From Clostridiales bacterium (GTDB lineage: Bacteria; Bacillota; Clostridia; Christensenellales; Christensenellaceae): a DNA stretch of 64,000 nt. Below the pieces are notes generated by a model. That model searched no databases and was not told the DNA's origin. It saw only the letters and a list, made by a program, of their open reading frames with translations. The DNA is taken from positions 10,866 through 74,865 of the forward strand of contig SVGZ01000007.1 in the NCBI GenBank assembly GCA_015056045.1. The letters run 5' to 3'. Position numbers and translations under genes: made by a program. This document shows positions 37,086 to 44,872 of this stretch, one piece after another. The stretch's first letter is position 1. Each line of letters begins with the position of its first letter.

Positions 37086-37424
37086 TTGGCAAAATTCTCC
37101 GATACCAAAGAAAAATGGCTGAAAAAGGCGGAGGATTCTATCGAAAAAAACAAGCTCAGAGCAGCACTCATGGAGCTTGAAGAAGAACAAAAAGAGGCGT
37201 TTTTATCCCTTGGGCGGGAAGTTTACCGCGCTGTTTCGGAGGATGGCATTGCCGAATCTGCGCAGTTTGTCAACAGAATCAATGCTCTTGCACAGAAAAA
37301 AGAGAGTCTTGAGAAAAAGATCGCTCTTTTATCGGGCAGATATATCTGCCCGAATTGCAGAAAAGAGCAGAGTGCAGAGCATCTCTATTGCAGTGCCTGC
37401 GGAACGCCGAAAATCACAACATAA
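37086..37424 (+). CDS. Coiled-coil protein with C-terminal zinc ribbon
   Basis: 112-aa ORF (TTG start) with CPNC...CSAC at the C-terminus. Confidence 0.5.
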   Translation: MAKFSDTKEKWLKKAEDSIEKNKLRAALMELEEEQKEAFLSLGREVYRAVSEDGIAESAQFVNRINALAQKKESLEKKIALLSGRYICPNCRKEQSAEHLYCSACGTPKITT

Positions 37425-37425
37425 G

Positions 37426-37464
37426 AAAAAGCCGGATGAGATTTCTCGTCCGGCTTCATTTTAT
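37426..37464. terminator. Bidirectional intrinsic terminator
   Basis: AAGCCGGA-12 nt-TCCGGCTT with T-rich runs on both strands. Confidence 0.7.
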
Positions 37465-38093
37465 TTCTTTTTGATCGGGTAACGGATCACCGTTTTAAAT
37501 TTTTCCGACGGTACTTTTCTTGCGTCGGAAAGATAGATCTCATGGTGCTGTCTTGTTTTTGAAATATCGGTTTCATATCCGTTTTCAAGAAGATACGCCT
37601 CCATTTTGGCAATGCTTTCGGCTTCGCTGTCAAATGGTCCGAAATGCATGATCTGTGCACACAAACCTTCTTCGACTGGCAGGAATTCGGCAATACTGCA
37701 GTCGATCTTTTTCGTTTTCAAAGCGCTTTCTTTAGCCCAGTTAAGATCATCTTCTTTGATAAAATCGGGTAGGCGAATGACGGAGATCCAGCTGAAATTT
37801 GCTTTATCGGAAAGGTCGATCTCGCTTTTTCCGTTCTGCTCCCAGAATCCTTCGAGCGGAGGAACGACATATTCGAAAAATCCATCGATTTTGTAATCCG
37901 TTTTATAGCTCATTTTGAGCGTATAAGCGAGGGTATATAGGATATTGATCGCTTTCTGATAATCGCCGTTTTCTTCGTTTGGGTCGCCTTTTCCGCGGAC
38001 AGCAATATAATTTGCCAAAGGAACCTCAACGATCATCGGCTTATCCTTCGGCATATAAAACTCTTTATATTCCTTTTTGAAATCAAATGCCAT
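37461..38093 (-). CDS. GyrI-like small-molecule-binding domain protein
   Basis: 210 aa. The MAFDFKKEYKEFY...VEVP...YIAVRGKGDP N-terminus and the duplicated beta-alpha-beta-beta layout are typical of standalone GyrI-like proteins. Confidence 0.6.
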   Translation of the reverse strand: MAFDFKKEYKEFYMPKDKPMIVEVPLANYIAVRGKGDPNEENGDYQKAINILYTLAYTLKMSYKTDYKIDGFFEYVVPPLEGFWEQNGKSEIDLSDKANFSWISVIRLPDFIKEDDLNWAKESALKTKKIDCSIAEFLPVEEGLCAQIMHFGPFDSEAESIAKMEAYLLENGYETDISKTRQHHEIYLSDARKVPSEKFKTVIRYPIKKK

Positions 38094-38135
38094 AATACAG
38101 AAAAACAGCGGCTTTATGAGCCGCTGCGTTTTGTT

Positions 38136-38513
38136 TTAGTCTTCAAGTGCGTGTGCGATCGTTGTTGTAAGCGACATCTGGGGCTGTGTTGTATCGAGTC
38201 TGGAATACTGGCAGACAACCGGAACACTGCTTTCAACGAGGAGTGCATAGGGTTTGCCTTTCGGGATATGGTTGCCGTCTTTATCGGTGATCATATCGAG
38301 GCGGATATGGTGTGTACGGCGTGCACCGCATTTGGAAGCGAAACCAAAATCGGGTTCATCATGTTCAAAATAAAGTGTCAGCTTGATTTCTGCATCTTCA
38401 TCGCTTGTGTTGAGAACGCAGATCGCTTCGTGGCTGATGTAGGGACCTTCAACAGAAATTTCCGGGTAGTAGCAATCCGGAACGAGCCAAACTTTTTTAC
38501 CAAGTGCTTTCAT
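38136..38513 (-). CDS. Sensory rhodopsin transducer (ASRT, PF07100-like) family protein
   Basis: 125 aa. ISHEAICVLN, DEDAEI, ARRTHHIRL, VPVVCQYSRLD and TTIAHA blocks parallel Anabaena ASRT / Thermotoga TM1070, as I recall them. Confidence 0.7.
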   Translation of the reverse strand: MKALGKKVWLVPDCYYPEISVEGPYISHEAICVLNTSDEDAEIKLTLYFEHDEPDFGFASKCGARRTHHIRLDMITDKDGNHIPKGKPYALLVESSVPVVCQYSRLDTTQPQMSLTTTIAHALED

Positions 38514-38581
38514 GACTATATTCCTCCAATAATAGTGGTTTGGTGTCCTTGTGGATAGTTATATTCTAACAGAACAATTGC

Positions 38582-39589
38582 TTATCGGCAAGTATTCGTT
38601 ACGATGCGTGCGCCAAAATTTGTGATATCGATAATGCGACCGCCGGGTTCGATGTTTTCTGCCTTGTAAACGCCATAGCCGGATAAATGCCCATAGGCAA
38701 GGACTACGCCTGCAACGCTTCCGCAGAAATCATTTCTGTGGTCATGGCCAAAGAAGATACCTTTTGCACCGCATCTGCAGGCAACATCGAAAAAGGCTGT
38801 ATCAAGCCTGGAAAAACTCGGGTGTTCGTGCATTTCGCCCGTGTACTCATGGAGCAGTGCAGGCTGCATGATCTCCGGCAGCGGGAAATGACAGAAGACG
38901 ATGTTGTTTTCGATGCCCATTTTGCCTAAACTTTCTTCGTACCAAAGGCTCTGCTGTTTTGTAATGCGTCCGTATTCGAGCTTCTTTGAACCTTCCGAAT
39001 AGGTATAGGAACCGGAATCGATCAGCGCGATGGCAAAAAGATCATTGCCTTCTCGGTCAGATACGCGGATAAAGCTGTCTGTATAACCGCCTTCGGCATA
39101 TGTTGGCAGTGTATTCAGGCATCTTTCATAGCGTAAAAGTCTTTTTTGGATCTTTGCTTTGGAAAAACCGATATGGCAGTCGTGGTTGCCGAAAGTGACT
39201 GCCCAGCGCATATTGAGCTTGTCCATTTTCCTCGCAAAAGCATCGTACACAAGGAAATTGACCGGCGATAAAGCGAGATCTCCGCTGACGACGATGAGGT
39301 TCGGCTTTTGTTCAGAAACAAGCTTTTCGATCAGATCAAAGCATTTCTTGGTGTTTTTCCCGAAAGGAAGAAGCAGATGCAGGTCTGTCAGCTGCAGGAT
39401 GCGCAGATTTCCTCGTTTGTTGAAACGAACGGAAGGGATTTCGCCGTTTTCCGCAATTTGTTTTTTGCCTGTACGGAAAGTGAGCAGATAGATCAGATAG
39501 AGAATTGCCAATGCAGCCAAAATATATAAGATGAACAAATACATACTCCTAAAATCATTTTCCCTAAAATAATACCAAAAAGGCGCCAT
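38582..39589 (-). CDS. Membrane-anchored metallophosphoesterase
   Basis: LQLTDLHL, SGDLA, GNHD and FCHFPL calcineurin-like motifs after an N-terminal TM. Start uncertain (39589 or 39544). Confidence 0.85.
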   Translation of the reverse strand: MAPFWYYFRENDFRSMYLFILYILAALAILYLIYLLTFRTGKKQIAENGEIPSVRFNKRGNLRILQLTDLHLLLPFGKNTKKCFDLIEKLVSEQKPNLIVVSGDLALSPVNFLVYDAFARKMDKLNMRWAVTFGNHDCHIGFSKAKIQKRLLRYERCLNTLPTYAEGGYTDSFIRVSDREGNDLFAIALIDSGSYTYSEGSKKLEYGRITKQQSLWYEESLGKMGIENNIVFCHFPLPEIMQPALLHEYTGEMHEHPSFSRLDTAFFDVACRCGAKGIFFGHDHRNDFCGSVAGVVLAYGHLSGYGVYKAENIEPGGRIIDITNFGARIVTNTCR

Positions 39590-39639
39590 TGTTGCAATAT
39601 TTTCTCTTTTATATAAAAAAGAACTGCGGAAAACGCAGT

Positions 39640-40488
39640 TCAGGAATATATTTTTGAAAAGAATTCTTCGGAAGAAATGCCGTAGGGTCTGTTATATCTG
39701 CCGAGCTCAAAGAGGCTCTTCGGGTCATGGCAAAGCGTGTTGATATGCTCATAGCAGGATAGAGAAGCCTCAAAGCCCATATTGCGGATGAGTGCTTTGT
39801 TTTCTTCCGTAATATAGCCGTAAGGATAGGTAAAGGTGCGGCAGTTTATCCCAAGTTGTTCTTTTAATAATGCCTGCATTTTTGCAATATCAGCGCCGAC
39901 TTTTTCCTGAAAAGAAGCCTTGCTTTCGTTAGGTAAAAACCTGAGTCCCATGCGCGTTTCTTCCGAATGCAGATCGTAACTGTGGTTCAGAATCTCAAAG
40001 CGGCTGCTGAGTTCTTTCAGATCATCCCATGTCAGGTGAGAATAATTATTGTTCGGTGTATCGCTGCTCTTTGAATATTCCTCTGTATAACGCCCGATCA
40101 CGGAAATAACGGCTTTCATATCATATTTTTCAAGCAGCGGAAGTGCATAGGAAAGATTATTGAAATACCCGTCATCAAAGCTTAAAACGATCGGCTTTTT
40201 CGGCAAATCGCATCCGTTCTTTACCCATTCGATAAGGTCGCTGATGAAAACCGTCGTAAAACCCTGTTCTTTTAAATACCGGAGATCATTTTCGAGTACC
40301 TCTGGTGTGATAACATATTTTCCTGCTTTTTCATCACTCCCAAGGATGCTGTGATACATGACGATGCCGACTTCGATTTCCTCGTTTTCCGAAAACGCCG
40401 GTACGGAAATTCTCGATAAAAATAAAAGGATGAGAAAAGCCGCCAGCAGAACAGGCAGCTTTCCCTTTAGTTTCTTCATGGCGTTCAT
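39640..40488 (-). CDS. Polysaccharide deacetylase (NodB homology domain) family protein
   Basis: Signal/TM MKKLKGKLPVLLAAFLILLFL. VLSFDDGY and HSYDLH motifs. ATG at 40488 preferred over the ORF-track start at 40551. Confidence 0.85.
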   Translation of the reverse strand: MNAMKKLKGKLPVLLAAFLILLFLSRISVPAFSENEEIEVGIVMYHSILGSDEKAGKYVITPEVLENDLRYLKEQGFTTVFISDLIEWVKNGCDLPKKPIVLSFDDGYFNNLSYALPLLEKYDMKAVISVIGRYTEEYSKSSDTPNNNYSHLTWDDLKELSSRFEILNHSYDLHSEETRMGLRFLPNESKASFQEKVGADIAKMQALLKEQLGINCRTFTYPYGYITEENKALIRNMGFEASLSCYEHINTLCHDPKSLFELGRYNRPYGISSEEFFSKIYS

Positions 40489-40578
40489 GCACTTTTCTCT
40501 TTGATAAACAGTTTTAAGAACGAGCGTAAAAATTTTGGTGCTTTGATACAAACGATTTTCAATATAATACCTCCTTTG

Positions 40579-40728
40579 TCAGCAAGTGGAAAGAAGAATG
40601 AGCCCGATAAGAAAAAGAACAATGCCGATAAGGATGCTCCATATCGAAAAGGGCAGGCAGGAAAGAATAAGTACAGAACCGATGATCAGAAGCAGCCAGC
40701 CTAAAAATCTTTGTTTATGGAATTGCAT
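40579..40728 (-). CDS. Candidate 49-aa two-TM small membrane protein
   Basis: MQFHKQRFLGWLLLIIGSVLILSCLPFSIWSILIGIVLFLIGLILLSTC. Below the ORF-track cutoff. Weak SD (GAAAGG). Confidence 0.35.
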   Translation of the reverse strand: MQFHKQRFLGWLLLIIGSVLILSCLPFSIWSILIGIVLFLIGLILLSTC

Positions 40729-40803
40729 ATCCCGCTGCCTTTCTTTTAAACTTTGTTTTATCTTATGCGGAAAAATTGTCAGATATGATAATTGCTGCTT
40801 CTA

Positions 40804-40832
40804 TTGAAAAAAATTTAATCTGCCATTATAAT
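40804..40832 (+). promoter_or_regulatory. Sigma-A-type promoter for the ABC exporter / mscL
   Basis: TTGAAA (40804-40809), 17-nt spacer, TATAAT (40827-40832). Confidence 0.65.
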
Positions 40833-40860
40833 AAAACTGACACCAATTTTGGGAGGCAAT

Positions 40861-42618
40861 ATGAAACTTTTAGCCCGATTAGCGCGTGAGGCAAGCAGTA
40901 AAAAATGGTTGCTCATCATTTCGATGTTCAGTACGCTTGCACTTACTTTCGTCAATATGTATCAGCCGCGTGTCCTTTCGGACTTTATTGAGCTCGTCGG
41001 CGGAGGAATAACCGAGGCTTCTTTCACTATGATCTGGCGGTTTACCTTTATTCTGCTCGGATTATATCTGGTAAAAGTCTTATTCCGCTATCTTTCCAAC
41101 TATATGGCACATAAAGCCGCTTGGGAGCTCGTGCAGAGCATTGGGCAGAAGGTCTATAATAAAATACAGACTTTCTCCATGTCCTATTTCCACGATAAAC
41201 CCACGGGCGAATTGACAAGCCGCATTATCAACGACGTCAGCAAATTTGAGCTTCTCTATGCCCATCTCATCCCTGAAATGGTCACAAATATCATTTATTT
41301 CGTCGGCGTCAGCATCATCCTCTTTACGATGAACGCAAAGCTTGCACTTCTGACCTGTCTGCCGCTGCCGTTTTTGGCATATGCTTCCTGGTTCTTTGCG
41401 AAAAAAGTACGCCCAAGCTTCAGACTTCGTTCCCGTGCGGAAGCACAGCTTTTGGCACAGCTGCAGGATAATTTCTCCGGTATGCAGGAGATTCAGGCAT
41501 TTGTTCAGCAGGAAAAGGCCAGCGAAAAGGTATCTTCCCGTTATGATGTCTTTACGACAAGCATGCTCAATGCCCTGAACCTGAGTGCGATCTTCCATCC
41601 TTCGGTCGAATTTCTCGTCAATTTAGGCTCGATCGCCGTTGTCGCTTTCGGTGGATTCCTTGCCTTCCGCGGTGAGCTTTCCGTTTCCGATATTGTCGCC
41701 TTCATGCTCTATATCAACCTTTTCTATACGCCCGTTACCAATGCCGCACAGCTCCTTGAAAATGCACAGCAGTGCATTGCCGGTGTTGAGCGTGTTGTCG
41801 AAGTTTTAGATACACAGTCGGAGATCGAAGATCTTCCCGGTGCAAAGCCAATCGAAAACGTCAAAGGTAAAGTTGAATTTTCGGATGTTTCTTTCTCCTA
41901 TACAGAGGAAAAACCCGTTCTTTCCGACATTGATTTCACGATCGAACCGGGGCAGATGGTTGCACTTGTCGGTCCAACAGGTGTCGGCAAAACAACGCTT
42001 GTACAGCTGATCGCAAGATTCTATGATCCCGTCAAAGGCAAAGTCATGATCGACGGACAGGACATCAAATATGCAACGCTGGAAAGCTTGCGCAGCAGTA
42101 TTTCCTATGTCTTGCAGGATACCTTCCTTTTCAACGGCACAGTCTATGAAAATATCGCCTATGCCAATAATCAGGCGACGATGGAAGAAATCATCGAAGC
42201 CGCAAAAGCAGCCCGTATCCATGACGATATTTTAAGCATGCCGATGGGCTACGATACACCTGTTGGTGAACGCGGAACAAAGCTTTCCGGCGGACAAAAA
42301 CAGCGTATCGCCATTGCCAGAGCGATTTTACGAAATTCGCCGATCCTCATCCTCGATGAAGCGACGGCTTCTGTCGATACGGAAACGGAAAAGCATATTC
42401 AGGATGCGATCAACAACCTCGCAGGAACAAGAACGATCTTTGCCATTGCGCATAGATTATCGACCGTCAAGCGTGCGGATGTGATCTTCGTCTTTGAAGA
42501 AGGCAGGATCATCCAGCGCGGTACACATGAAGAGCTTTCGCAGCAGGAAGGTCTTTATAAACGACTTTGTACAGTACAGGGAGAGGGTACTCCCCTGAAT
42601 ATTGGAGATATTGGTTAA
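40861..42618 (+). CDS. ABC exporter, fused permease/ATPase (MsbA/multidrug type)
   Basis: Six-TM domain followed by an NBD with [24 protein letters not shown] and ILILDEATAS. ATG follows GGGAGG. Confidence 0.92.
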   Translation: MKLLARLAREASSKKWLLIISMFSTLALTFVNMYQPRVLSDFIELVGGGITEASFTMIWRFTFILLGLYLVKVLFRYLSNYMAHKAAWELVQSIGQKVYNKIQTFSMSYFHDKPTGELTSRIINDVSKFELLYAHLIPEMVTNIIYFVGVSIILFTMNAKLALLTCLPLPFLAYASWFFAKKVRPSFRLRSRAEAQLLAQLQDNFSGMQEIQAFVQQEKASEKVSSRYDVFTTSMLNALNLSAIFHPSVEFLVNLGSIAVVAFGGFLAFRGELSVSDIVAFMLYINLFYTPVTNAAQLLENAQQCIAGVERVVEVLDTQSEIEDLPGAKPIENVKGKVEFSDVSFSYTEEKPVLSDIDFTIEPGQMVALVGPTGVGKTTLVQLIARFYDPVKGKVMIDGQDIKYATLESLRSSISYVLQDTFLFNGTVYENIAYANNQATMEEIIEAAKAARIHDDILSMPMGYDTPVGERGTKLSGGQKQRIAIARAILRNSPILILDEATASVDTETEKHIQDAINNLAGTRTIFAIAHRLSTVKRADVIFVFEEGRIIQRGTHEELSQQEGLYKRLCTVQGEGTPLNIGDIG

Positions 42619-42631
42619 AGGAGAAAATCAC

Positions 42632-43066
42632 ATGTCATTCTTAAAAGAATTCAAAGAATTCGCCATGAGAGGCAATGTCTTCGACATGGCAGTTGGTGTT
42701 GTCATCGGCTCCACATTCACCGCAATCGTCAATTCCCTTGTTGGGAATATCATCATGCCGCTTGTCAGCGTGATCACCGGCGGTTACGATATCGCTTCCC
42801 TTGGCGTAGAGCTTGCACCGGCAGTTGGCGAAACACCTGCAGTCGTTCTTGGCTACGGTGCATTCCTTTCTGCAATCGTAGATTTCCTTCTCGTTGCTTT
42901 CGTTCTCTTCCTTTTTGTTAAAGGCATGAACAAGCTCAGAGAAAAGTCCCACAAAAAAGAAGAACCGGCACCGGCTCCTGCTCCGAAGAGAGTATGCCCC
43001 TTCTGCAAAATGGAAATTGCAGACGATGCAACAAGATGCCCGCACTGCACATCTGTTCTTGAATAA
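42632..43066 (+). CDS. mscL: Large-conductance mechanosensitive channel MscL with C-terminal CxxC...CxxC tail
   Basis: MSFLKEFKEFAMRGNVFDMAVGVVIG N-terminus. C-terminal CPFC...CPHC. ATG follows AAAGGAG. Confidence 0.93.
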   Translation: MSFLKEFKEFAMRGNVFDMAVGVVIGSTFTAIVNSLVGNIIMPLVSVITGGYDIASLGVELAPAVGETPAVVLGYGAFLSAIVDFLLVAFVLFLFVKGMNKLREKSHKKEEPAPAPAPKRVCPFCKMEIADDATRCPHCTSVLE

Positions 43067-43077
43067 GCAAAAAATAT

Positions 43078-43111
43078 CGGAGATACTTTTAAAAGGTATC
43101 TCCGTTTTTTT
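43078..43111 (+). terminator. Intrinsic terminator after mscL
   Basis: CGGAGATAC-9 nt-GTATCTCCG, followed by TTTTTTT. Confidence 0.85.
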
Positions 43112-43121
43112 ATTCCTTTGG

Positions 43122-43151
43122 TTGCAATGAATCATGCCGCTGGAGTATAAT
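43122..43151 (+). promoter_or_regulatory. Sigma-A-type promoter for metF-(orf)-metH
   Basis: TTGCAA (43122-43127), 18-nt spacer, TATAAT (43146-43151). Confidence 0.6.
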
Positions 43152-43177
43152 GGGCTTAATAATTCAAAGGATATTGT

Positions 43178-44059
43178 ATGATGAAGATCAGAGATTTTTT
43201 ACAACAGGATAAACCGGCACTTTCTTTTGAAGTTTTTCCGCCGAAAACGGCAAGTAATTTTGAAAGTGTAAAAATCGCTACCGAAGAAATTGCCAAGCTG
43301 AAACCCTCTTTTATGAGCGTTACCTATGGTGCTGGCGGCGGTACAAGCCAATATACGCTGGATATTGCCAAAAACATCAAAGAGCTTCATCATGTGCCGA
43401 CTTTAGCGCATTTGACCTGTGTTTCCTCAACAAGGGAAACTGTCAAGAGCAAAATTCAGGCAATGAAAGAAGCCGGTATTGAAAATGTCATGGCACTTCG
43501 CGGAGATATTCCAAAAGACATGATGAATGACGACAGAAGCAACTGGCATTATAAATATGCGATCGAACTCGTCCGTGAATTAAAAGAATCGGGTGAAGAT
43601 TTCTGCGTCGGCGGCGCTTGTTACCCGGAGATTCACCCCGAAAGCCTGAATCAGAAAGAAGATATCCGCAGATTAAAGGAAAAAATCGATGCGGGATGCG
43701 AATTTTTAACAACGCAGATGTTCTTCGACAACAATCTTTTCTATAATTTTATGTATAAGATCAGAGAAGCAGGGATCACCGTGCCGATCATTCCGGGGAT
43801 CATGCCGATCACCAACGCCAAACAGGTCGAACGCGCTGTCAAGCTTTCCGGTTCCTTTATGCCGCAGCGGTTCAAGAGCCTTGTAGACAGATTCGGTTCC
43901 GATCCTGCTGCTATGAAACAGGCCGGTATCGCCTATGCGACGGATCAGATCATCGATCTTTATGCCAATAACATTTGCAATGTCCATGTCTATTCCATGA
44001 ACAAACCGGAAGTCGCAGAAAAAATACAGAGCAATCTTTCCGATATTATAGGTAAATAA
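43178..44059 (+). CDS. metF: Methylenetetrahydrofolate reductase
   Basis: SFEVFPPKT, SVTYGAGG, AHLTC, ALRGD and TQMFFD motifs. Confidence 0.93.
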   Translation: MMKIRDFLQQDKPALSFEVFPPKTASNFESVKIATEEIAKLKPSFMSVTYGAGGGTSQYTLDIAKNIKELHHVPTLAHLTCVSSTRETVKSKIQAMKEAGIENVMALRGDIPKDMMNDDRSNWHYKYAIELVRELKESGEDFCVGGACYPEIHPESLNQKEDIRRLKEKIDAGCEFLTTQMFFDNNLFYNFMYKIREAGITVPIIPGIMPITNAKQVERAVKLSGSFMPQRFKSLVDRFGSDPAAMKQAGIAYATDQIIDLYANNICNVHVYSMNKPEVAEKIQSNLSDIIGK

Positions 44060-44062
44060 ACA

Positions 44063-44818
44063 ATGAAAAAAGCCAAAACGATAAGTCTTATCTGTTTGCT
44101 GTTGGTCATCATCACGGTGGCTGTCGTTTGGCTGTCTCCATATGTAAAGGAAAAAACAAAGGAAGAGGTCTATCCCTTCGGCTTATTCGTTGACCCGATG
44201 TTTATGGGTATCAATGATTTAGAAAGGCTGAACAACATCATAGGACAGGATATAAGCGGTGTGCAGTTTCTTGCTCTGGATGATGAAACGGAGCTCGTAA
44301 AAGAGCTTATTGACTTTATTTCTGAAAAAGAAAATATGAAAATCAGCGAAGATAAAGTCGTTCCGTCATACGATGAGGATTCTGATCGCTGGTTTATCAA
44401 AATAAATGATGGCGAATTGTATTTGATCATCAATGCTTCTACAGGAAAGCTTTTATTTTATGTAAAAGGAGATAAGCTTGCCCAGGAAGCAAATGATCAA
44501 CTCGATGATTTCATCTTATATTTGGATATTCTCCATTATTCTGAAGAAGAATTAAAGGCATTGCAGCCGTTGTCTATCTTTGACTCAATTGATTTTCAAT
44601 GCAGTATAAAGGAAATTCCCGATGAAGAAACGGCTTACGTGGTTGCGTTGGAATTATGGCACAAATATTCTAAAAAAACGTTTAAAGAACCTGAGAGCTT
44701 TACTATGCAGTTTAGCGAAAGACACAATGCATGGTTTATCAATCTGCGTGGAAGAAACGTGCTGATGGCTGTTGTGGATGCAGAAAACGCCGAACTCATA
44801 GCACTTTTAGAAATCTAA
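44063..44818 (+). CDS. Hypothetical membrane-anchored protein (AT-rich)
   Basis: 251-aa ORF with N-terminal TM. About 28-35% GC in the 60-nt lines I counted, versus about 57% in a metH line. Confidence 0.55.
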   Translation: MKKAKTISLICLLLVIITVAVVWLSPYVKEKTKEEVYPFGLFVDPMFMGINDLERLNNIIGQDISGVQFLALDDETELVKELIDFISEKENMKISEDKVVPSYDEDSDRWFIKINDGELYLIINASTGKLLFYVKGDKLAQEANDQLDDFILYLDILHYSEEELKALQPLSIFDSIDFQCSIKEIPDEETAYVVALELWHKYSKKTFKEPESFTMQFSERHNAWFINLRGRNVLMAVVDAENAELIALLEI

Positions 44819-44872
44819 ATATAGTATTTTTCGGGGTATTCGGTATATTCCGTTTTTATAGCAGGGTAAATA

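Noticed and set aside
42966-43066. C-terminal CPFC...CPHC zinc-ribbon tail on MscL
   Set aside because: I recall similar CPYC...CPHCTS tails in other clostridial MscL proteins. It is probably a lineage-typical feature rather than a novelty.
43067-43177. SAM or B12 riboswitch upstream of metF/metH
   Set aside because: The interval holds a terminator and a promoter, leaving a 5' UTR of only about 25 nt. The 54-nt metH upstream gap is also too short for a riboswitch.
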